Of a stretch of DNA of 64,000 nt, positions 12,393-25,000 are shown piece by piece. The position numbers and the translations under genes are program-made. Source of the stretch: Dendrobates tinctorius (taxonomy: Eukaryota). The notes under the pieces are model-generated. The model made no database searches. It had not been told where the DNA came from and worked only from the letters and a program-made list of their open reading frames with translations. Position 1 is the first letter of the stretch; the number at the start of each line of letters is the position of its first letter. The stretch spans positions 4,464,001-4,528,000 of the forward strand of contig NW_027361924.1 of the NCBI RefSeq assembly GCF_039654945.1, given 5' to 3'.

Positions 12393-13879
12393 GTCTGTTC
12401 AGTAGTCACAGTGTGAACGTGCTCCTACACATTGCACTTTTATCAACTTGTGTTCTGGCTCATTTCTTTTGTTTCGCTGTAGTTTCTTGTACTACGTGGG
12501 AATTTTCTATATAGCTTCCCACAGGCCAGTGTCTGAATCCTGCTCTGTCTGCAACTATAATGCAGTCATCTGAGGCAAGGTGTGATTTTAATACTAGAGA
12601 ATATGACCGTCCCAATTGGATACACCTTGTTGAGGTGGGATGGCTTTTATGCTTTTTTTTTTTTTTTTAAATCGAAATAGTGTTAAAGTACCCTATGTTA
12701 TTTACATGTACTATTACTATTTACTTACTAAACATAAAGAAAAAATGATTGCTTTTAATACTATATTACTAAAAAAACAAAAACTTTTTTTAATACACTT
12801 TAAAAAAAATAAAAAAATAAACATAAACCATTAAATAATGTGGACAAATTTGGTATCCCTGTAATTGTAAAAACCTGTACAATACAGTTAACAGTATATA
12901 ACGGTGATCAGTAAATAGAGTAAAAAAAAAAAAAAAGGTTGGAATGATTTTTTTCCATTCTATCCATAAAAAAATTATAATAATTGTACATTTTATATAC
13001 AGGTTTAGCAAAATGGCACTAAACAAAATTAGTCTCGCTAAAAAAAAGACCTAAAATAGTGAAGTTTACGTAAAAATTTAAATATGTGGACCTAACAGGA
13101 CTACACTCCCCATTATCCGTCGGTAATAAATGCCGATATACATGGTATTTGTAATCCTGTCCCCACACAGCATTACTCCTCCCATCATTCTCCATACACT
13201 TACACCAGTCCATATACCACACAGTATATATCATCTGATGTGAATACGTCCTGTGCCAACTGCAACAAACTTTATTTATACACCCACGTAAGTCATCTTT
13301 ACCCCCAGCAACGCCATATTCCTTCCCAGCCTGGTATCCTATAGAGAGCAGTAGAGATAGGTGGTGACACCATTACAGATTGTGTACATTACACGGGAAG
13401 GCGCAGCCTGGGAAATACAAGCTTCCCGTAACCTAGAAGCCGTCGCAATAAACAAAAGCCATTGGTACGGATGGATCATATAACCCCAGGACAGCGCTTA
13501 CCTTCCCTACAGCTGCCACATGTCCACAAGGGCTGCAGTCCTAAAGCCAGGCGCCTCCCCCACCGTAGGTGTCCTGCAAGTCTGATTATAGGGTTAGGAG
13601 ACCCCCGGAGCCATGGCTCCGGCCCCGCACACACCGCACACCGGCCTTCGCTCCTTCCTAATGCATATTTCATGACAGCTATTATTCTCAAATCAGTCAT
13701 GGATGGAGAGGGGACCGCGCCGCTACGCTTAACAACTGAACTGCTGCAGCCCTCAGGATGATGGAGCCATCACGGTATATTACAGGTCACGCGTCTGTAA
13801 GTAATAACATATAACCATCATCTTCTCATGGGAGAATAATATGGAGATAAGCGGCGCTACATGGGCTCTGCTGATCTCA

Positions 13880-16190
13880 CCTTCACTACTGCTTAACCTC
13901 ATAATACTCATCTCAGCTGCTGCTGAACATCATGATATGCACGTTAGCTGCGGCATAACCTCATGATGCGCACCTCAGCTACTGTAGAACCTCATACTTC
14001 TCACTTCAGCTGCTGCAGAACCTCAAAACACGCACCTGAGCTGCTGCAGAACATTATGATATGCACCTCAGCTCATGCCAATCATCATAATACCTCTCCT
14101 CATGCAGATCATAATAGACACTCAGCTGCTGCAGAACATCACAATCAGGGCTGTGGAGTCGGTAAGCCAAACCTGAGACTCCAACTCCTCAATTTCCCTT
14201 CCACCGACTCCGACTCCACGACTCCGACTCCCACATATATTGCTTATTTTTAAGTGAAAAATTTATTGTCGTACAATGTGAACATCAGACATTTAATCAT
14301 TTTTATGATAAAATAATCAAGATATTTAGATACAACAGAATATCTATTTATTGGAATACAACTTTAGAACACAAAAAACTGTAATAAATTGTAAATATGT
14401 AATACAGTGTATAATATCGATTACATATATACAGTATATATACATATAACATTATGTAATAAACTATGTAAGTGGCAAAAAAAAGTTTTCAACAAAAACA
14501 TACTACACAACATTTGTGCAGTCTATGAATTTGTCCTAAGAAATAGAACTGACTCCATCAGATCCTCCATCATAGATGACCTAAAATCTGACCTAATAAT
14601 TTTAAGGCCAGAGAACAACCTCTCTACACTAACTTGGGTTGGAGGCAAAGCCGTAACCACATGGGTAACATCTCTAACAATTTCCGGGTATAAAGGAATT
14701 GCCTCCTGCACAGTCAGTTTTGATGAACAGTTGAATTTTTCTTTTTCTTTGAGAGCAAGTGAAACATTTTGCTGAAATATGGTCAATCTGCTGCTATAGG
14801 AGACAGAGTGAAGTCTTTTTCTTTGCGGCAACACTTTGCCTGCTCCATGTCATCCAAATACTTGTCAAAGTCAAACTCCTCATCTGATGAGGATGACGAT
14901 ATGGCAGCAGTAGCACTGTCAGGACCCGAGTCCTCATGCGCCTGGCAGTCCTCCTGTAGGCCACTCATCCTAACTGCTACCTCAGTCAGAGCTTCTTTTC
15001 CTTTAGTAAGCTGTTGATCATCAAGCAATATACGATGACTTGGGTCCACATAAACAGCTGCCAGAAAATTTTTTTTTTCCAATAGCTGTGTCTCTCTCCA
15101 TTTCATTGAAGCAGAAATGCCATCTGCGATTAAATCTCCTCTTTGGGACAGGCAAAATAGCAAGTTCTTCCACTCCCTTATGAAAATGCCAGGAGTTAAA
15201 TCCTCAGCTTGTAATTTTTTAGTCAAGGTAAATAGGTGATTAAGCAATTCCTTCAATTCAGGCACCTGTGTCCATTGACCTTCATTTATGGTTACCTGAG
15301 GGTTCGCCATATCTATAAGAAACGGTTTTAGCCAGAATCAAAAATAGGGGGGCAGAACCTCATACTGTTCCGCAGAATCTCATACTGCACACCTCAGCTG
15401 CTGCAGAACCTTATACTGCACACCCCTACACTTGAAAATAAAGCCTGCACTTTAAGATGTGGTGAATGCAGTCTATTTATTCCAACTATCAATTGATGTT
15501 GATATGTTCCTGAAGACGAGCAATGACTGTCCTGGGCGTCCTTTTGGGCAGCTATGAGGTGGACCTGACTGGTGCTTAAAAAAAAAGGAGTGTTAGTCTG
15601 TGTGCTACCCGGCTTTCATTCTTTTTGGTACAGATAAGATATGGATAGACAGATATGGATAAATGGATAGATAGAGCAGATTTCTAATCTGCTTTTGCTA
15701 TTGAAAACATTATCTATGAGCTCAAAAACCTTTCAGGTGATGCGGTTTTTTAAAAAGCTGATCTGCTTTTGCAGCTGAAAAACGTATCCTCAAAAAACGC
15801 AGGAAAAACGCTGTGTGTGAATGTAGCCTTAGATCAGGAATAGAACAGGACATTTCATAACTTTCCCAAATACATATGAAAAAATATTCTGCATTGAACT
15901 ACTGTACCCAATTTATTATATATTTTAGGAGTCGGACCATTTTATACCGACTCCACCAAAATGAGCTCCGACTCCACAGCCCTGATCACGATACACAGTT
16001 CAGCTGCCGCAGAACATCGTAATAAACCTCTGCTGTTGCAGAACATTACACACACCGCAGAAGCTGCACACCCTCATTATATACACCTCAGCTGCTGCGG
16101 AACCTCATCATACACACATCAGCTGCTGCAGAACCTCATCATAGACACCTCAACTGCTGCAGAACCTCATCATACACACCTCAGCTGCTG
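13880..16190. repeat. Degenerate ~30-bp tandem repeat split by the hAT insertion
   Basis: CACCTCAGCTGCTGCAGAACCTCATCATA-like copies at ~13880-14145, ~15350-15425 and ~15985-16190. Confidence 0.7.
14146..15984 (-). mobile_element. Internally deleted hAT DNA transposon with a frameshifted transposase C-terminus (14523-15310)
   Basis: 17-bp TIR CAGGGCTGTGGAGTCGG; 8-bp TSD ATCACAAT/ATCACGAT; subterminal CCGACT repeats; hATC dimerisation motif PPTQVSVERLFS. Confidence 0.88.
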
Positions 16191-16209
16191 TAGCACTTTC
16201 CTACTGATG

Positions 16210-17528
16210 TGTATGGGTCGCCCTCCCAGGGCCGTGGGGTACTCGGTACCGGGCCGGTGTCAGCGGGATGTGTCACAGCAGCGGTGACCCGGACCGTGGC
16301 CCTGGGTGCTCAAGTAATAGGGGTAGAAGTGAATGGTGAAATGTAGTTAGATGAATAGTTTGTACCACCTGTGGTGTTCGGCGAGGGAGGTGTCAAGCCG
16401 ACGCTGCAGACAGATCCTCTGGGACAGATGGTGTGGTGCAGCAAGGATGGTATAGCCCTCCACAGGCAGGGCTGTTGTCCCAGGGCAGTGTAGATGTGGA
16501 GACACTGGAATGGTGTAGTGTCTGGCGCAGGGGATGTAGCAGTGCTAGGCGGACGGACGCAGGAAGGATTGGAGGACACCAGGGCATGTAGTTCCAAAGC
16601 TTTACTCACAGACTGTAGTGCCCGCTTCCGTGCCGTGTCCTCCTGGTCAGGGACTCAGTCAACCTCCAGGCAAGATGGAAAGCTCCCTTCCACACTCCGC
16701 CAACTTATGTGCCTTTTCTGAATGTCTCCTCTATAGCGCCTTTAAGTGTGAAGATCTCCTAGTACTGAGTTACACTGGAGTTCCTCCTAACAGATGTTCC
16801 CAAGAACTCTACTTGTACGGCAGACAGCTGTAGCCTGCTTCGGGAACTCTCTACTCCTGAGTCCCGGCTCTCTATCCGTGTTGCTGTTGTGCCCCCAAGT
16901 CTTAGATGGGAGTAGTGCATTTACAGCCCACTACTCCACCGGTGTCTGCTGCAGAACCATTAGTGTCCATACAACCTCGGGGACCGGGCCTCGGCCTTGC
17001 GCTTAGAACTTCTAGGCAGGGTTCTTCCTCTAACCCACGTCCTCTGTTCCCTTTTACACCTACGTTCCGTACTTGTCTTTCCCTTCTATGGAAGCTCAGG
17101 CTTCAGTTCTACGTCTTTCTCCTTTTTCCTTTCCCGTGCCAGCTGGCTCAGGTCACTCAGGCAGCTGCAGCACTCCTTCCTCCATCCCTTCTTCCAGGGA
17201 TCCCCACTCCTCTCTGAGTGGCCTCCTCTCTCTTCCTCAACCTTGTGTCAGACTGAACCTGAATCCTGGAACTATCCCGTTCTTTTATATCTAGTCTAAA
17301 CTCCACCCACCTCCCAACACGTCTAGTGTTCCAAGCAGGGAACCACCAAAGGTGCTCTGCTTCTCTCTAAGCAGGGAGCCGCTATGTGGTTATGCTGAAC
17401 TACTCTATTGTGTGGGATGCGAGTGTTGGAGCGTGGTCAGGAGTTTCCAACTTACCTGGATGGTGGGGCACCACACCTCAGGAGGAGGTGCAGTACCTCT
17501 GTGGCGACCGAGCCTCAGGGGCGCCACA
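16210..17528 (-). mobile_element. Probable solo LTR (Gypsy-like)
   Basis: Minus strand TGTGGCGCCCC...GGGCGACCCATACA, TATA-like GATATAAAA near 17283-17291, AGTAAA poly(A)-like signal near 16600; no clean TSD. Confidence 0.55.
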
Positions 17529-18858
17529 TGTACTTTCCTATATAATCCGTTACACACTTATGTAAATCTATGAAGGGAATGTCCAGGCATAAATGCGCTC
17601 CCGACCGCAGTGACTGAGGCGATTGTCTGACGCCCAGTGACCGCCGTGCACAGATCCTACTGTAATTAATGGAACCCCGGCACAGTCCTCACCGCTCTTC
17701 ACGCAATTACCTCCTGTCAGGACTCCTTAGCTCATTGCCAGGCCAGCTTTAGGCTAAGTGCAGACGTAGCAGAACATTTCTGCTCAAAAACCTGACTCCC
17801 TTCCCAGAAATCACGCCTTTTTTGTCTGCGCATTTTTGATGCGTTTTTTTCCGGCGCGTTTTCAAAACGCATAGACATAGCCAGAAACGCGGAAAAATCC
17901 ACGAAATTAATGAGCATGCTGCGTTTTTTACCGCGATGCGGGTTTTTTCGCGGTAAAAAAACGCATCAATATGCACAAAAAGTGCAAAATGCATAGAAAT
18001 TAATGGGAAGCTTATTTTTAGCGGTTTTATTGGCAAAACCGCTAAAAATACGTTGTGTGTGAACAACTTTTTAAAACAAAAGTAGTAGCCACTGAGGTAA
18101 AATGGCCCCTTTGCAGCAGATTTCACACAAATATAAAATATGGGCACATTGCCATGAACTTGGTATAACATGATTTAATTCTGTTTGGGTAATTGGACCT
18201 GGTTGCAGGCTGGACTTTTTTTTTTATGTTATACGAGCGCAAAATGGTGCCCATAAGGTCATGGATTCAGGTATGTAATTTTTTTTTTTAGAGGGCTGGT
18301 ACTGTCCTTTTAATTCCCTTATTGCCACCATTTTTCATTTATACCTCACTGATCTTCCTCTTCCCGGTCAGTAGTGTCCATTTCTCCTCACAGACCTTTC
18401 ATTTTCCAGTCAGAATTCCTTGTGGCGCTCAGACACACGCCTCTGAAGATCCTGCCTCTTCTTTCCCTCCAAAACTCTGCATTCTCATTGGTCAGAGGTC
18501 CGGTCACTCTTGTAGTCCCACTTTGCAGGACATTAGTTGCCGCCACCGCTTTAGGAATCGGCCACAACACCAAAATCTACTTTGGTATATAAAAGGAGAC
18601 GCTGTGATACCTGAAAGGAGGAAACTAGAGAGGGAGGTGTGCAGCCATTTTGAATAAAAACCATGCAGCACCACAGTTACTCGAGACCCCAGCGTTACAC
18701 GATTAAGCGCTTATGACCCAATTTTTCGTAACCCCCCCCCAGATTAGGACACTCTAAACTGAGGACTGCAAACCAGACCCCCTTCATTCCCACATCAATA
18801 ATATAGGTCCTAAAACCAACCCCTTCCTCCTAAATAAACTGACCGTGGGGACAGCTAA

Positions 18859-20942
18859 GGCCTGTTTCACACTTCAGTTTTTCCTGTCAGTCTAAACCCG
18901 CCAAAACAGCGGAAAACGGATCCGCAGGCAGACTGACAGGAACGTGTGGCAACAGATCGGCGGATGTACGGATCCGGCGGTTAAAAATTTAAAGGAACCG
19001 CGCCTGGGAATTCATACCAGTGATGTGGGCAGTAATCGCGGGAGCAGGCGAGGAGGAACGATGATCTAGGGTGCAGGCGAGGAGGAGCATTGCGGGATGT
19101 GGGCAGTCATCGCGGGAGCAGGCGAGGAGGAACGATGATCTAGGGTGCAGGCGAGGAGGAGCATCGCGGGATGTGGGCAGTCATCGCGGGAGCAGGCGAC
19201 GAGGAACGATGATCTAGGGTGCAGGTGAGGAGCATCGCGGGATGTGGGCAGTCATCGCGGGAGCAGGCGACGAGGAACGATGATCTAGGGTGCAGGTGAG
19301 GAGGAGCATCGCGGGATGTGGGCAGTCATCGCGGGAGCAGGCGACGAGGAACGATGATCTAGGGTGCAGGCGAGGAGGAGCATCGCGGGATGTGGGCAGT
19401 CATCGCGGGAGCAGGCGACGAGGAACGATGATCTAGGGTGCAGGTGAGGAGGAGCATCGCGGGATGTGGGCAGTCATCGCGGGAGCAGGCGACGAGGAAC
19501 GATGATCTAGGGTGCAGGCGAGGAGGAGCATCGCGGGATGTGGGCAGTCATCGCGGGAGCAGGCGACGAGGAACGATGATCTAGGGTGCAGGCGAGGAGG
19601 AGCATCGCGGGATGTGGGCAGTCATCGCGGGAGCAGGCGACGAGGAACGATGATCTAGGGTGCAGGCGAGGAGGAGCATCGCGGGATGTGGGCAGTCATC
19701 GCGGGAGCAGGCGACGAGGAACGATGATCTAGGGTGCAGGCGAGGAGGAGCATCGCGGGATGTGGGCAGTCATCGCGGGAGCAGGCGAGGAGGAACGATG
19801 ATCTAGGGTGCAGGTGAGGAGGAGCATCGCGGGATGTGGGCAGTCATCGCGGGAGCAGGCGAGGAGGAACGATGATCTAGGGTGCAGGCGAGGAGGAGCA
19901 TTGCGGGATGTGGGCAGTCATCGCGGGAGCAGGCGACGAGGAACGATGATCTAGGGTGCAGGTGAGGAGGAGCATCGCGGGATGTGGGCAGTCATCGCGG
20001 GAGCAGGTGACGAGGAACGATGATCTAGGGTGCAGGCGAGGAGGAGCATCGCGGGATGTGGGCAGTCATCGCGGGAGCAGGCGACGAGGAACGATGATCT
20101 AGGGTGCAGGCGAGGAGGAGCATCGCGGGATGTGGGCAGTCATCGCGGGAGCAGGCGAGGAGGAACGATGATCTAGGGTGCAGGCGAGGAGGAGCATCGC
20201 GGGATGTGGGCAGTCATCGCGGGAGCAGGCGACGAGGAACGATGATCTAGGGTGCAGGCGAGGAGGAGCATCGCGGGATGTGGGCAGTCATCGCGGGAGC
20301 AGGCGACGAGGAACGATGATCTAGGGTGCAGGCGAGGAGGAGCATCGCGGGATGTGGGCAGTCATCGCGGGAGCAGGCGACGAGGAACGATGATCTAGGG
20401 TGCAGGCGAGGAGGAGCATCGCGGGATGTGGGCAGTCATCGCGGGAGCAGGCGACGAGGAACGATGATCTAGGGTGCAGGCGAGGAGGAGCATCGCGGGT
20501 GCAGGCGAGGAGGAGCATCGCGGGATGTGGGCAGTCATCGCGGGTGCAGGCGAGGAGCATCGCGGGATGTGGGCAGTCATCGCGAGTGCAGGCGAGGAGG
20601 AGCATCGCAGGATGTGGGAAGATGGTGCAGGCGAGGAGGAGCATCACGGGATGTGGGGAGACATCGCGGGTGCAGGCGAGGAGCATCACAGGATGTGGGG
20701 AGACATCGCGGGTGCAGGAGCGAAGATGGTGCAAGCGAGGAGGAGCAACGCGGGTGCAGGAGCGAAGATGGTGCAGGCGAGGAGGAGCATCGCAGGTGCA
20801 GGAGATGAGTGGCGAGAGAGAGAGAATTTTCTGCCAGCAGTCAGACGAGATTCAGGGTTAAAAAGGGAAAATAGCGGATCCGTTTTTTTTGCAAAACGGC
20901 GGATTTTGACAGATGGTCACAAACGGATGTGTGAAACAGGCC
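18859..20942. mobile_element. Harbinger-type MITE expanded by an internal minisatellite
   Basis: TIR GGCCTGTTTCACAC / GTGTGAAACAGGCC; TSD TAA on both sides. Confidence 0.8.
19023..20810. repeat. 74-bp CpG-rich minisatellite (~20 copies plus degenerate tail)
   Basis: Unit GGGATGTGGGCAGTCATCGCGGGAGCAGGCGACGAGGAACGATGATCTAGGGTGCAGGCGAGGAGGAGCATCGC. Confidence 0.95.
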
Positions 20943-22022
20943 TAACAGAGACCCCAAAATAAACATAAGCCCCAGACTAATCTCTCAAAACAAATGCATT
21001 CCATGACCAGACCCTAAGAAAAAAAAAAAATAAAATAAATAAAAAAACATTCCCCATAATTATTTTTTACGCCGAACACTTTGCTGTAAAAATGACCTTG
21101 TAACACGGAGTCTGCAGGTCAGTGTGAATATGGTAGTAAAAAAAAAAAAAAAAACCTACAAATTTTTTAAATGGTGAAATTTTTGTCTCAAACTATAAAA
21201 ATGTAATTAAAAAAAAAAAATTAGTATAAAAATTCTGAGAGAAAAAAAATCAAACAAAACTCATAAATTAGTATAAAAAAATAAAAAACTCACTATTTTC
21301 CAGGACCTGACGTTTTCATTTTATGTTGATTGAGGGCTGAGTGAGCGTTTGCTTTTTTTTATTGATACCTTTTTGATGGCTTTGATTTTTTTTTTTCTTT
21401 TTAGCTTTTATTGACATTTTTCAATGCGGCCCATCCACCACCAGCTCATATATAGAGCAATTGATGGAATGATAGCAATGTCAAGCCTCATGGAGGTAAG
21501 AGCGATGGAAATTAGGGGTAGTAGGGAATAAAAAAAAAAACAAAAAAAAAAAAAAATTTCCTCGTAAAATTTCCTGTTTCACTGTATTTTACGTCCCTGA
21601 AGGATGTCAAAATTGACAGCAAACCAAACATTGTTGCCCATAGCAACCAATCACGGCAAACCTTTCATTTGTTCAGAGTGGTGCCAGACCTAAAAGCAGA
21701 GATATGATTGGTTGCCAAGGGCCAGACGATTTTAATAAATGGTACCCCAAAAATTTGCTAAGAAACAAGAATTAGACCAAAGGTACAGAGATTGTGTATT
21801 TGCTATATGCCAGAATCTCTCTCCAGTTCCTTATGTAACGAGGTTGGGGTGGTGCATGGCTCCGATATCAACAGCGTCCATTCCGGAGGATACAGCTCAC
21901 AATTTGTGGCTGTAACATTGAGTGTTGTGTTTCAGGTGCGTTATGTCGTTTTTTTGGGAGATTTAAAAAGAGGGTGTAAGGCAGCTGTAAATAACTTCTA
22001 TGCATAGGTCTAGTCAGCCATT

Positions 22023-25000
22023 TTATTTCTTGACTATTTGGATGACGTCTTCATGGTCCATGTTGTGCGTCAGTCCGACTCTCTGCGGGCTGTATTTGGT
22101 GCTGGTTCCCTAAACATACAAAAAAAAAGTCAGAAATAGCTACAAAATCACATCTGAAGTTAACAAAATGTATCCTACTAGGCCACCATGTTGAAGTTTG
22201 AACTACTATCCAGATTACAAAATTTGCTAATATCAATGTAACCAGGCCCGACAGTCAAGATCACTGTGTACATACCTTACTTATCCTATATTATACTCCA
22301 GAGCTGCACTCACTATTCTGCTGGTGCAGTCACTGTGTATATACATTACATTACTGATCCTGAGTTACATCCTGTATTATACTCCAGAGCTGCACTCACT
22401 ATTCTGCTGGTGCAGTCACTGTGTACATACATTACATTACTGATCCTGAGTTACATCCTGTATTATACTCCAGAGCTGCACTCACTATTCTGCTGGTGCA
22501 GTCACTGTGTACATACATTACATTACTGATCCTGAGTTACATCCTGTATTATACTCCAGAGCTGCACTCACTATTATGCTGGTGCAGTCACAGTGTACAT
22601 ACATTACATTACTGATCCTGAGTTACATCCTGTATTATACTCCAGAGCTGCACTCACTATTCTGCTGGTGCAGTCACTGTGTACATACATTACATTACTG
22701 ATCCTGAGTTACCTCCTGTATTATACTCCAGAGCTGCACTCACTATTCTGCTGGTGCAGTCACTGTGTACATACATTACATTACTGATCCTGAGTTATAT
22801 CCTGTATTATACTCCAGAGCTGCACTCACTATTCTGCTGGTGCAGTCACTGTGTACATACATTACATTACTGATCCTGAGTTACATCCTGTATTATACTC
22901 CAGAGCTGCACTCACTATTATGCTGGTGCAGTCACAGTGTACATACATTACATTACTGATCCTGAGTTACATCCTGTATTATACTCCAGAGCTGCACTCA
23001 CTATTCTGCTGGTGCAGTCACTGTGTACATACATTACATTACTGATCCTGAGTTACCTCCTGTATTATACTCCAGAGCTGCACTCACTATTCTGCTGGTG
23101 CAGTCACTGTGTACATACATTACATTACTGATCCTGAGTTACATCCTGTATTATACTCCAGAGCTGCACTCACTATTCTGCTGCTGCAGTCACTGTGTAC
23201 ATACATTACTGATCCTGAGTTACATCCTGTATTATACTCCAGAGCTGCACTCACTATTCTGCTGGTGCAGTCACAGTGTACATACATTACATTACTGATC
23301 CTGAGTTACATCCTGTATTATACTCCAGAGCTGCACTCACTATTCTGCTGGTGCAGTCACTGTGTACATACATTACATTACTGATCCTGAGTTACATCCT
23401 GTATTATACTCCAGAGCTGCACTCACTATTCTGCTGGTGCAGTCACTGTGTACATACATTACTGATCCTGAGTTACATCCTGTATTATACCCCAGAGCTG
23501 CACTCACTATTCTGCTGGTGCAGTCACTGTGTACATACATTACATTACTGATCCTGAGTTACATCCTGTATTATACTCCAGAGCTGCACTCACTATTCTG
23601 CTGGTGCAGTCACGATGTACATACATTACTGATCCTGAGTTACATCCTGTATTATACTCCAGAGCTGCACTCACTACTCTGCTGCTGCAGTCACTGTGTA
23701 CATACATTACATTACTGATCCTGAGTTACATCCTGTATTATACTCCAGAGCTGCACTCACTATTCTGCTGGTGCAGTCACGATGTACATACATTACTGAT
23801 CCTGAGTTACATCCTGTATTATACTCCAGAGCTGCACTCACTATTCTGCTGGTGCAGTCACGATGTACATACATTACTGATCCTGAGTTACATCCTGTAT
23901 TATACTCCAGAGCTGCACTCACTATTCTGCTGGTGCAGTCACGATGTACATACATTACTGATCCTGAGTTACATCCTGTATTATACTCCAGAGCTGCACT
24001 CACTATTCTGCTGGTGCAGTCACGATGTACATACATTACTGATCCTGAGTTACATCCTGTATTATACCCCAGAGCTGCACTCACTATTCGCTGGTGCAGT
24101 CACGATGTACATACATTACTGATCCTGAGTTACATCCTGTATTATACCCCAGAGCTGCACTCACTATTCGCTGGTGCAGTCACTGTGTACATACATTACA
24201 TTACTGATCCTGAGTTACACCTTGTATTATACCCCAGAGCTGCACTCACTATTCTGCTGGTGCAGTCACTGTGTACATACATTACTGATCCTGAGTTACA
24301 TCCTGTATTATACCCCAGAGCTGCACTCACTATTCTGCTGGTGCAGTCACTGTGTACATACATTACTGATCCTGAGTTACATCCTGTATTATACCCCAGA
24401 GCTGCACTCACTATTCTGCTGGTGCAGTCACTGTGTACATACATTACATTACTGATCCCGAGTTACATCCTGTATTATACCCCAGAGCTGCACTCACTAT
24501 TCTGCTGCTGCAGTCACTGTGTACATACATTACTGATCCTGAGTTACATCCTGTATTATACTCCAGAGCTGCACTCACTATTCTGCTGGTGCAGTCACTG
24601 TGTACATACATTACATTACTGATCCTGAGTTACATCCTGTATTATACCCCAGAGCTGCACTCACTATTCTGCTGGTGCAGTCACTGTGTACATACATTAC
24701 ATTACTGATCCCGAGTTACATCCTGTATTATACCCCAGAGCTGCACTCACTATTCTGCTGGTGCAGTCACTGTGTACATACATTACTGATCCTGAGTTAC
24801 ATCCTGTATTATACCCCAGAGCTGCACTCACTATTCTGCTGCTGCAGTCACTGTGTACATACATTACTGATCCTGAGTTACATCCTGTATTATACTCCAG
24901 AGCTGCACTCACTGTTTTCCATTCTTCAGCCTACACAGCAGTTATTATTTATTCTGCCATCATAAAGAAGTTAATTATTGGGACTGAGCTGAAAAACCAC

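Noticed and set aside
15505-15545. CTGAAGA as a possible third hammerhead
   Set aside because: No downstream GAAA or supporting stems.
20321-20962. 137-162-aa ORFs
   Set aside because: Derived from the 74-bp repeat within a MITE.
22260-24913. Regular arrays resembling CRISPR, and many [13 protein letters not shown] ORFs
   Set aside because: Head-to-tail repeats with no unique spacers in a vertebrate intron; the ORFs are repeat artefacts.
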